64,000 nucleotides of DNA from Octopus sinensis (taxonomy: Eukaryota): positions 36,890,001 through 36,954,000 of the forward strand of contig NC_043003.1 of NCBI RefSeq assembly GCF_006345805.1, read 5' to 3'. The position numbers and the translations under genes were made by a program. Positions 53,406-64,000 of this stretch are shown here, piece after piece (the first letter of the stretch is position 1; every line of letters begins with the position of its first letter). The notes under the pieces were generated by a model that did not search any database, was not told where the DNA came from, and saw only the letters and a program-made list of their open reading frames with translations.

Positions 53406-54343
53406 TATTTCTTTATTGCCCACAAGGGGCTAAACATAGAGGGGACAAACAAGGACAGATAAAGGGATTAAGTCGATTACAACGACCATAGTGCGTAACA
53501 GGTACTTAATTTGTCGAGCCCGAAAGGATGAAAAGCAAAGTCGACCTCGACGGAATTTGAACTCATAACGTAACGGCAGACGAAATACCTATTTCTTTAC
53601 TACCCACAAGGATTAAGTCGATTATATCGACCCCAGTGCGTAACTAGTACTTATTTTATCGACCCCGAAAGGATGTAAGGCAAAGTCAACCTCGACGGAA
53701 TTTGAATTCAGAACGTAGCGGCAGACGAAATACCGCTAAGCATTTCACTCGGCGTGCTAACGTTTCTACATGACATGCATAAGATCTGGTCATCAACTCT
53801 AAGTAGAGACTTCAAACTTGAAATCTTCAAAGCCACAGTCGAACAAATTCTGCTATATGGCTCAGAAACCTGGACATTATCAAAGAAGATTGAGAGGCGG
53901 TTGGATGGAACCTACACTCGCCTCCTTATGAGAGCTCAAAATCTCTCGTGGAAGCGTCATCCAACCAAAATGCAAATATATGGGAAACTACCACTTGTGT
54001 CATCTCTTGTGAAAGGTAGGAGAGTCCAGTTTGCTGGACATTGTTGTAGAGCTGAAAAAGAGGTAATTTCTACTCTTCTCCTCTGGAAGCCATCTACTCG
54101 CAATACCAAAGAGCGCACACTCTCCTACCCTGATGTAATCTCCAGGGATACAGGCATCCAGCAACAGGACCTCCGTAATGCCATAATGGACCGTGAAGTC
54201 TGCCGTAGCATGGTAAATTCCATTGTCTCGACCACGGTTGAACAATGATGATGATGAAGGTTTCTACCAGCTCGCCGCCTGAGATAGGAGCGAAGGGAAA
54301 TCGTCAAGACATCAGTCGATCCACAAGATCATCATCCTCCTTT
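53406..54343 (-). mobile_element. SINE A1 dimer with a 63-nt 5' extension and 19-bp TSD
   Basis: TAGTCGGCTAACAGTTTCT at 53387-53405 and 54344-54362; dimer junction at 53589/53590. Confidence 0.9.
53770..54259 (+). mobile_element. RTE-clade LINE 3' fragment with 8-bp TSD
   Basis: ILLYGSETW, RRLDGTYTRLL, FAGHC motifs; (TGA)n tail overlapping the stop; GTTTCTAC at 53762-53769 and 54260-54267. Confidence 0.9.
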
Positions 54344-54868
54344 TAGTCGGCTAACAGTTTCTGTGGACAAAAGACTGTTTGATGTATTTTCTAAATAAGG
54401 AAGATACGTAGACAAATAAAATATAGCATCAACAATTTAATTGTGTTTGTTCCGTATCTTTTGGTGCTATTTTCGGTTGCGTGTTTTGCCAATAAAATGG
54501 TAATATAACGATAATATTTTGTTCATTACCTTAAATTGTCATTTTCGTACACCGGCAATAAAGCGTGGGACCTCAAAAGTTGAAAGCACCTCAAAATACA
54601 TAACTCAACATAACTTTGTATGTAGCTTATCAATACCATTTAAATGTTTACTGCGTATGTATCTTCCTAGGATCTTTCAGTTGATCAAGCTTCACGCTTG
54701 TACAGTGTCTAATATTTAAAATATCAACAAAAATTTGACCTACAATAAAGCGCGATGCACAGTTTTTATATATAGAGATAGATAGATAGATAGATAGATA
54801 GATATACATGTATATATATACATGTACATATATATATGTGTGTGTGTGTGTGTGTGCGTGTGTGTGTG

Positions 54869-54900
<32 letters not shown>

Positions 54901-55008
54901 GTGAGTTTGTGTATGTGTGTGTACGCGTGTGTGTGCGCGCGTATCCGTGTGTGTCTCTGATGTCATTTCATACTGAAATTTACACATACACACACACACA
55001 CACTCATA

Positions 55009-55099
<91 letters not shown>

Positions 55100-56301
55100 T
55101 AATATACAAAATAGTTGACACTATGTATTATCTTTGTTATTTTTTTTTTCAGTTGTTTGTTTTATTGTATTATTCACCCTTGCTGTTGTTTTCGTTGTTT
55201 TTTTTTTACCATGTAATGGTCCTTTTCATGAAAAAGGTTCTGTCTCCAAAAGTTAAATACCCTTGTGTTTTCCTTCTTCCAGCGTATTTTCTCCTCCTGT
55301 ATGACTTTATTAAATGTTCCTCCTCGAAAGTCTTTTAGTTACTAAAACCCTGTGATTTAAATCTGGCTGGAAAGGGTGTGACATTTTAGCACCTTCAACT
55401 GCAACACAGTTTGGAGATTTCCATAACTTCCATTTCGAAAGCCTGATGCCAGCCTTCACCAAACCTGTTACTGGTCATAGTGCTAGTTTCTCGATAGCTC
55501 TGTATCCTGTGGAATAGATGTCAAATGGTTTTCGCTTATATATAACGAAGCCGCCTATCAATATGTTATGAATTTCTCACCTTTAAGAATCTAGTTGAAT
55601 GTTACTTACTCGGTCGCTTAGTTTTTATGGCTTGACAGCTGTTAAACAACCGTTTAGTTATAACTTATAAATATAGTATGAGAAAATTAAAGTATAATAG
55701 AGTGTGGCTCTAGTATTTGTGTAATTAACTACCTTTAAATGTCGTATTGTTTCAGACTATAAACACTAAACAAGAGTTTAATTGTTGCGACTGTTTTACA
55801 CTGTATAGCCAGAGGAGTAAGATGGCGCACAGAAAGATACAAACATACCAGAATATAGAAAGGTAGAAAGATAGATCTAGCGATTAATAAACTGAAGGAT
55901 AAATTAAGATGAAATAGCTAACAACTTAGCAAATAGAGTTGGACTGGCCTTGTTAATGGACTAGCAGTTAATTTCTTTTAACGGGTTTAAATATTGATCC
56001 GTCTTGGCAGAGTAAATGGGTGCAAGGATAGAAGAAAAGGTGAATAAAGACATAGAGAGATAGGTTGATTGTTAAATATATGTTCATGTTTGTGTTTATG
56101 CTTGTATGTATGTATGCTTGTGTGTATGTATGTATGTATGTGTGTACGTATGTAAATATGTATGTGTGTACGTATGTAAATATGTATTTATATAGAAATT
56201 CGGGGTGAGTACTTGATAATTATAAGCACCTGTGTATACCGTTTGGTGGTGTAGGTGGTGGAGTAAATTGATCAAAATAAAAACATGATGCGAAGGATTC
56301 A

Positions 56302-56379
56302 GCGGTACATATGTTTCGGGCCTTTATTAGACAGATTTATAACAATGCATAATGTATGTCTGTGGCCTTCTTCAGCCGC
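56302..56379 (-). ncRNA. Type I hammerhead ribozyme with canonical core
   Basis: GCGG-CUGAAGA-AGGCC-ACAGA..UCUGU..-GGCCC-GAAA-CAUAUGU-A-CCGC: stem I GCGG/CCGC, stem II GGCC/GGCC plus ACAGA/UCUGU, palindromic ACAUAUGU stem III, GUA cleavage triplet. Confidence 0.8.
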
Positions 56380-56861
56380 GCACAACAGCTTCCACAAGGA
56401 CATGTGTTATGTATATGTGTACTATAGATAGGTATATAGATAGATAGATAGATAGATATGTTTCTTTATTAGCCACACAGGGCTGCACACAGATAGAACA
56501 AATTACAAGGTAGAGCTTTTCTTTTGAAGGTATTAAAAAAAAAAAAAAAAAAAAAGGAACGGGGAGGTTCGATCAAAAGGGATCGTAAAAGGAGAGAAAG
56601 AGGACAAAAATAAGGGGGGTAAAAAAAAAAAAAAAAAAAAAGGGGGGGAGAGGAAAAAAAATGATCAATAGGGATCGTTATCACAGAAATGTCAATATGA
56701 AGTGTAAAGGGGAGGACAGGTGAGGTTTACCCGTGAGAAGAAAAGCCTGCGGAAAAGACCACGGTAACCTCGGTCAATGAAGTCACATTTTATATTTCTT
56801 TTTTTTTTTTTTTTTTTTTTTTTTTTGCAAATAAGCAACTCTCTGTTTTCGATTTCTGGGT

Positions 56862-59800
56862 TCATAGGACTATGCTCAAGGTGGCTTCGTCATTCATACG
56901 TGCCATTCTTGCTACATTCACCCATCTTTTTTTAAAACATTCGCTAGACAAAACTTGCCTCTCTACTCTCACTTTCCTTTTCAAGTGGTACTTGAAGAAG
57001 TTGATGAGAGATTGACCAGAGAGGAAAGTGTTTGTCTCCAATCCTTTCAGACGCGTCCACCAGATACATTCTTTCGCCATAGCCACAAGGATGATGAAAA
57101 TAGCTCTTCCTTCCCGTTTGAAGGAAGGAGGCGTGACAATATTGACGATAGACTCAGCTGATAAACCGACTCGTCCCACACGTGACAGCAGTTGTTCGAC
57201 ATAAGCCCACAGGTCGGAAATTGTTGGACACTGAACGAGTGCGTGCAGAACGGTTTCGTCGCTCTGACCGCATCTCGGGCAGGTCGGCCCCGTGTTTCTC
57301 GAGCCGTGTCTGTAGAGCTTATCCCGAACGGGTAGCGCTTCTCGGTAGCACTGCCAGGCCAGGGATCTCTGGAAGTTGTCCATGGGCCCTGGCCCGAAAG
57401 TCGTCCCGAACAGGCGGGTCAGGTACTCCTCGTCGACGTCCAGGTTCGCCCCGAGCTCGTCGTCGTACCTCCCCTCCACTAAACCCCTATAGAATGCTTT
57501 GGTTGTGTTGAAGTCACTTAAGGTCGACCCAGGACGGCAGAGTTGCTTGAGAGCAACGCGACACTCGCGGTGCCATTCGCCCTTCCTCGGCCTCTTTTTA
57601 ATCCACGACTGCAGTTCGGTCATGGAGACGAGCTGCGGGAAAGCGTGCCTCACAACGGCGACCACACCTGTTCACCGTCGTCTACATAGAGCCAGAGATG
57701 TCGCAGTCTCAGCGCGTGTCTGCGCATCATCAACCACGGCATCCCAGCCCTCCTTTTAACGGGTGTTGACAGCAAATGGATCGCCTGACCATCGGGACGC
57801 ATCCTTTCCACAAGAAGCGAAAGAGGATGCGTTGTAGTTTGGTGATGGTAGGGTCGGGACAAGGTACGACGGTCAGGCGGTAGTAGATGACGGACGCGAT
57901 GTACGTGTTCGCCACCTCCGCTCGACCTTTTAGGGACAGTTTCCTCTCGGCCCATTGCCGGGCGAGAGTGACCACCCTACTCGTTATCTCGTTCCAGTTC
58001 TTCTCCACTTGGAGGTCCGGACCAAACCAGACCCCGAGCAACTCAACCGGGCCGTCGGTCCAGCGTCCCACGACGGAGGCGCTGGTGGACGGCATGGGCT
58101 TGCTTCTCCAGGTGCCTAGTCGCAAGCCCACTGACTTTTCCCGGTTGATTTTCGCTCCTGTCACCGCTTCGTAGTTTTTCAGTGTCTCGCCGACCAGCTC
58201 GATGTGCTCGTGGCTAGACACTATGACGGTGACGTCGTCCGCGTATGCAGACACGCTCGTCCCGCATCCCAATTCTCGCGGGATGCCCCTTAGAGTCGCC
58301 AGCTTCCGCAGTAGTGGCTCAAGAGTCAATACGTATAGAAGCGCCGAGAGGGGGCATCCCTGACGGACCGAACGTGCAATGTCGAAAGGTCTCGATAGAT
58401 GTCCATTTACGCGAATTACCGAACGGATGCCTCTGTACAAGGCAGCTATCCAGCCGCGGAAGACGGGACCGAAACCAGCCGCTCTCAGGACTGCCTCCAA
58501 GTATCGATGGTCTACCCTATCAAAGGCTTTTGATTGATCCAAGTTGATCAGGGCCCCACCCATGCCAGGTTCGTTAACTACCCTGTCTATGATGTAGCGC
58601 ATCAGATGGAGGTTGTCATGGATGGTCCGGCCTGGCACGGCGCATGTTTGCGCCTTGTCGACCAGTTTCTCGATGACAAGCGCCAACCTCTTGGCTAGCA
58701 CCTTGGCCAAAATTTTCAAGTCTGCATTAAGCAGAGTGATGGGCCTAAAGTTATCTATTACATTTCCCTTGTTTAGATCTTTCTTCAGCAGTGTTACGGC
58801 TCCTCGGCTCACAAAACCAGGAATGCTCCTGTTTTGCTGCCAGTTGCAGTACACCGCCGCCAAGAGATCTCCAAACAAGTCTGGCATACAATTGTAAAGC
58901 TCGTAGGGTAGACCATCCAAACCCGGTGATTTGTCCCTCGAGCATTCTGCCATCGCTTCCCGCACTTCCGCCGCCGTGATGGCACCTTCGCAGCACCCTG
59001 CCTTTCTTGTCGAGAGTCGTGGTAGGCTATGTAGGTAGGCACTGAAGTCCACCCTACGTTCTTGCCCTCCACTCGTTCCGAACAGTCGGGCAAAATGCTG
59101 CTGAAAGGCCTCACACATTTTACTTGGCTCGAGCAATTCGCGCCCCTGTTCATCTACCAGTGACCGAATGGTGGCTTTGTTGCCCTGTTGCGCCTCTGCC
59201 ACCCGGGCCTCTCTCGCGGCTCCAACACCTTCGTTCCTTAGAGCACGCATCCTAGCTCTGACAGCACATCCTTCGTGTTTGGCGTTGAAGTGTTGGTCGA
59301 GGGCCAACCTCGCCGCCAAAACGTCGGATGCGATGCCGCTTCTAATTGCCTCTTCTAGCTTCTTAACTAGCTCACCCTCTACTCTATTTCTATCTATGGC
59401 TAGTGCTTTGCTGTACCTAATCGCTTCTGCTTTTACTGCTCTCTTGAGGGCAAACCACCATTTGTTGTTGATGATGGCTCCCGTCAAAGCCCTCTTTACT
59501 AGTGTGCTAATCCGGTCTCTGAAAACTTGTCTCGATGGGAAAGACGCGTTTAGTTTCCAGTATCCGGGACCCTGCCTAAGTGTCTTACCTAAGTCTAGCG
59601 TACATGTCACAAGTTTGTGATCCGTGTAGCTGACTATGTGGAATTGTGGACATCCTATGCTATCTCTATCTACTGTCCTACACAGTATCCTATCTAGATA
59701 CGATCTCGACGACCCGATGCGGTTGCTCCATGTCCACGTTGGCGCATTCGGTGGTCTAGTCGAAACCTGTCAGACAGTTGAAAGCGTCTGAGCAGGTCTC

Positions 59801-60296
59801 TGAGGCATTTGCATCCCCGTCTATTCCTATCTCTACCCACGTAGTCTACATGCGTGTCCAAGGTAGCATTCCAATCCCCCACTAAGAGTAAAGGACGAGA
59901 CGTTCCCAAGAAAACTTCTAGACGTTGAAAGAAATCCGCCCGACCTGTTAAGGGCGGTGCGTAAACTGATACGAGCCGAAAAGCGCACCCATTGCTGCCG
60001 TCGACATCCAGGACGACCAGTCTACCCTCCGGGTCTACGAATATTGTCCTTACATTGAGATCCAGACTCTTGTGAAAAAGTACCGCGGTGCCACTACCGC
60101 CCATTCTCGGCAGACAGGGGGAAAAATAAATGTTGAACTGTCCGCCAAACATGGTCTTTAGGGCCCGCGGATTGTGGAGTCTGGTCTCGCTTATGGCTAT
60201 GATTTCTAACTTATGTGACTTTATGTCATTTAAGAGGTACCCTTGTTTCCAAGGGGACCCCAAGCCACGCGCATTTACACAACCAATCTTGATCAT
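56862..60296 (-). CDS. Tx1 ORF2: APE endonuclease, reverse transcriptase and C-terminal zinc finger (3 single-base frameshifts)
   Basis: NARGL, ISET, GDWN, YLDR, TDHKLV, YWKLN, KSPGLDG, FRPITLLNAD, DQSKAFDRV, QGCPLS, YADD, CPRCGQSDETVLHALVQC. Confidence 0.9.
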
Positions 60297-60327
60297 AGTT
60301 CTAATGAATTAGAATACAGAGGGTTAC

Positions 60328-62328
60328 TTACTGCTCGAAAGTTTTTGCTTTCTCCTCCGTTGGTTTGTCCTCGAGAAGATCCCAGTACAGTTTCTTTGTG
60401 AGATATTTTTGGCATTTACCAACCGCACTGGGGAAAATGCCTTTGAGTGTGTGGTGCAGACTTTTGGAGATGTGTATTATTTTGATGTGGTCTGGTGGTG
60501 TTGTGTATGGGTGGTTGTTTGTTTTTATGTCATCTTCTGTTATGTTTGTTTTTGATTGGATGTATTCCATCAAATTGTGTTTTTGGTGTCTATGGCTGTG
60601 AGCATGTTTGCTGTATATGTTTTTGTGGTGTTGGTGTGGCTGTTGTTTGCGTTGGGTTTTGAAATGTCTTCGGGAGATGTATTTCCCCCTGCTTTGTTCG
60701 TGTTTGCATTTGGTTTGGTTGTGTTTCTGCTCTTTATTTTCCTTCTTTTTGTAGCTATTTGCCATTCCTCACTGGTTTCGTCTTCCGACGAAATTTCTGA
60801 GGAATCAGAAGGGGGTAGGGGTATGTTGTGGGCTTCTATGTATGTCTGTGTAAGTGGTTGTGTTGTTGTTTTCGTTGTTGTTGGTTGTTGAGTGTTTGTG
60901 TGTGTTGAGTGCGGTATAAGGGATGGGGGATCAGTTTGTGTGTGTTTTCTTTGTTTTTCTGTTCCTTGGGTTTTGCTGTTGATGGTAGTGTTGGTATTTT
61001 TCCAGGTGTCGAGTGGTTTTTGGTTGATGACGGATTAGCTTGGTGTGCTTCTCTTGTCGTCTTCTGTGTTGATGGTGGTGTGGGTAGTAGAGCTTTTTTT
61101 CCGGAGTGCTTTGGTTGTGGTAGTGGTTGTTGTTGTTGCTCTTGGTGTGCAGTGGTTGGGCACGTCTTTTTCAAGTGTGTTTCGCTTCCACACAAATAGC
61201 AGCGTGGTCGCCTGCCCTCTACCACTATATAGAGTTTGTAGCCTCCTGGCAGTTCTATAGCGGTGGGTATCTTCTCTCTTGCTGCTTCATCCAATTGAAG
61301 CAGGAATTCGATTGATTTGCCCACATAGTCTTTCTCTCCTAGAACCGCGATTTCCAGGATGTTTGTCTCTGACATTGTCTCTGACATTTCAAAGCAGATG
61401 GCAGAGACCACCCATTGTGTTTCGACATCAAATGGTATGTTTTTTATTTGGACTTTCGTGACCCTTTTGTTTAAATAGACTGGTATCATTACCAAGTCGT
61501 CCGAATGTAGCTCCAATGTGGAAAAACGTTTTGCTAAACTTTCGTTGAGGAAACGTACTTGGACTGTACCAAATTTGTTTCCCCAACTGATATATTCCTT
61601 GGAGTCCCATACAGGACGAAGGCATTTATCGATTTTTTCCTGCGGTGCATTTTCTGTTCTTCTTGTTTTTTGTTTATTACTTTATAAATTATTGTTTTTT
61701 TTTGCGTGTTTTCCACGATGTGTTGTGGAATATGAAGGTGCAATTTGTCTCCTTCTTTGGAGAAGAGTGCCTTTGTGCGGTTTATCTCTTGTGTGGTGAA
61801 TGTTACAATTGTTCTTTTTTGTTTTGTTACGTCCGCAAAATTCGTTTTGAATTTGGCAGTAGAAGTGTTAATTGTGGCAGTGTTAATTGAAGTCATGGTA
61901 GTGGTGTTGGTGTTGGCGGTATTAGCAGCAGAAGGCTTGGATGTAGCATTTGACGTCGTAGTAGTGGTGTTGGTGTTGGCGGTGTTGTCTTTGGTAGGCG
62001 GCTTTGTGCCAATTTCGTTGTTGTTGTTGTTGGTGGTGATGGTGGTGGTGCTGGCATTCATGTTTTCGTTTGTATTCATTTTTGAAATCCCTTTCTCTGT
62101 CCCTTTATCATCAACAAGTGGTGTGGGGAGTGAGGGAAAATCTAAGTTAATGTCTTTGGTCGCGGCGATGGTGAATGCGACGTTAGATTTGTTGTTGTTG
62201 TTGTTGGTGGTGGTGATGGTGGTGACAGCGGTGTTCACGCTGCGATGTTTAGCAGCTAGTGGTAGCAATAGTGTTTTGCTACCGTTCTGCATGACTGGCG
62301 GGCTAGCCACGTGGTTTCTAGTTGCCAT
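60328..62328 (-). CDS. Tx1 ORF1 (gag-like RNA-binding protein), about 3 frameshifts
   Basis: ATG at 62328; Thr/Asn-rich N-terminus with internal duplications; [14 protein letters not shown] (CX2CX4HX4C); [11 protein letters not shown]; stop at 60328, 31 nt before the ORF2 ATG. Confidence 0.8.
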
Positions 62329-62547
62329 TTTCAAAATGAAAAATGGCTAAAAAACCCACGAAAGTTTTGAAAGTTTTTTTTGTAATTTCGCCCATACAGG
62401 GGCGGAATTCTACGTGAATAATTCTCAGGTTTTTTAGTGAATGAATTTGCACAACGATTAAAACAAAATATTTGACAACAAGGAGTTTTAAACATGTAAA
62501 AGTGGCCAACTTACTTGGAGCCGATATGACTAGCGTCCGTCCATTGT

Positions 62548-62560
62548 GATAGAGATAGAT

Positions 62561-62603
<43 letters not shown>

Positions 62604-62604
62604 T

Positions 62605-62652
<48 letters not shown>

Positions 62653-62661
62653 GTAGGTAGG

Positions 62662-62718
<57 letters not shown>

Positions 62719-62730
62719 GATAGATAGATA
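62548..62730. repeat. (GATA)n microsatellite at the Tx1 5' junction
   Basis: Direct reading. Confidence 0.95.
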
Positions 62731-63512
62731 GCCTTAAATGCAAATAATTTTGAACTGTACCTTATCGCTGAATGGTTTGTTTGTTCATTATGCGCTTTCG
62801 GATTCACGATCCTTCTTGTTCGTGCACGTATCTATGTTTATGCCTCATGTTGGTAGAGAACACATCTTGGAATTATTATTGTTCTTGTTCTGAGAAGCAA
62901 CTGTTACGTTTCAGGCTCACGGACAGTCCAATGATGTTTCGTATGTACCTTAGTGCATAGTCAATCCAATTCTATTTTATAAGGTTGTTAATTAATGACC
63001 CTTGATTTAACCATCTATCTGTCTATCTACCAGATTATTTTTCTGCCTTTTTATTAGTATATCTATCTATCTTTCTAACTTTCTATAGTTGAACCTTTCC
63101 ATCCGTTTCTCTACTTTAAAAATGCGGTTAAGCATTGAAACCACTAACAATAACTAAACTCTTATTTTTCATTGCCTGTCACTCTGTTCTGTTATATGAC
63201 ACTTAAAAGCACTTAACTTCAAAAAAGTTATATCCATATTTTAACCGTGTTGCTTGAGATACGCCGACGTATCAAAAGTGAAATAAACTTCGGAGATGCT
63301 TTACCATATGCATAAACTGCAGAAGTATAGCAACCTCTTCTTTTGGATCCATCACGATGTCAGATATTCTTCCATGTCATCAGCAAGTATCTCGAGATCA
63401 CAAACGTTGTTCCCTTTGGCCTGTACGCTTCGCCTGAGTAGGGCAGCGAGGACTGAATTAGGCTTCGTCTGCGGAAGGATTCCACTTGCAGTCTCTTCTC
63501 AGCGACACTTAC

Positions 63513-63585
63513 CGTGAGCTGGTTTCAGCTACCATGCTGAGCTCCTTGTTGGCTTTATTCAGTTGTTTGTGTTCCAGACGATCTT
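63513..63585 (-). other. Candidate 73-nt host exon
   Basis: CTGTTTCTTGCAG acceptor and CG|GTAAGT donor; one open frame (EDRLEHKQLNKANKELSMVAETSS); no recognised homology. Confidence 0.2.
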
Positions 63586-63759
63586 CTGCAAGAAACAGTG
63601 CACCGAACAAAGTGGGAGTAATTTTAGTTGCGGAGTAGGCAGCATGCCACGTAATATGCAAAAGTAATCTATTTAAGATTAATTTATTTACTATTAAACG
63701 AATGTAAGCATCTGGTTGAAACAAAACTATTGTTCTGAAATAACATTGGTTTCAACTTT

Positions 63760-64000
63760 GGGCACAAGGCCAGAATTTTCGGGGCAGGAGTTAAGTCGAT
63801 TACATCGATCCCATTGATGGAGTAGTACTTATCTTATCGACCCCGAAAAATAAAAGGCAAAATCGACCTCGGCGGAATTTGAACTCAGAACGTAAAGACA
63901 GACGAAATACCGATAAACATTTAAGTTTTAGCACAAGACCAGAATTTTCAAGGGAGGAGTTAAGTCGATTACATCGATTCCATTGATGAACTAGTAATTA
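63760..64000 (-). mobile_element. SINE A (A2 tail) tandem unit, ~168-bp period (runs off the window end)
   Basis: GCACAAG(G/A)CCAGAATTTTC...GGAGTTAAGTCGATTACATCGAT at ~63762 and ~63930. Confidence 0.75.

Larger units (their letters stand above)
52300..54770 (+). mobile_element. Tc1-like transposon with long (~170-200 bp) TIRs, interrupted
   Basis: VLFTDEAR, GGGVMFWAGI, HDN, SPDLNPIEQLWSILKR; left ~52300-52465 and right ~54572-54770 are inverted homologues; coding resumes after the TSD at 54344-54362. Confidence 0.85.
56459..62547 (-). mobile_element. Full-length Tx1-clade (L1-like) non-LTR retrotransposon, ~6.1 kb, in (GATA)n
   Basis: 5' UTR, ORF1 with CCHC knuckle, ORF2 APE-RT-zinc finger, 3' UTR ending AATAAAGAAACA; (TATC)n at both junctions. 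Confidence 0.9.

Noticed and set aside
61745-62350. Hydrophobic 201-aa + strand ORF resembling a membrane protein
   Set aside because: It is the antisense shadow of the Thr/Asn-rich Tx1 ORF1 N-terminus
62900-62928. Hammerhead-like GAAACGUAACAG on the minus strand (also GCC..GGCCGAAAC at 15358-15375)
   Set aside because: No intact CUGANGA; at 62900 there is also no stem II

Overview
Animal genomic DNA with no host gene I can support. It is AT-rich and dense in microsatellites and retroelements; the repeat families look like Octopus/coleoid cephalopod (recognition only, not a database result). Contents: a CR1 LINE 3' end; two same-orientation clusters of R4/Dong-like restriction-like-endonuclease (RLE) LINEs separated by (AAT)n tracts; a full-length, apparently young Tx1-clade LINE bracketed by (GATA)n; an RTE fragment; a solo LTR in (TA)n; four Tc1/mariner relics; five tRNA-headed SINE families (my labels A, B, D, E, F) and a headless repeat C. 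Main observations: (1) three hammerhead-ribozyme motifs on the minus strand, one with a canonical core and all three stems, 80 nt downstream of the Tx1 element; (2) the most abundant SINE (A1) shares its 3' ~50 nt with the Tx1 LINE and often inserts 5' of GGTA; (3) element classes partition by microsatellite type; (4) three microsatellite-bounded tandem duplications. All alignments and folds were done by eye, and boundaries are approximate unless a target-site duplication (TSD) is quoted.
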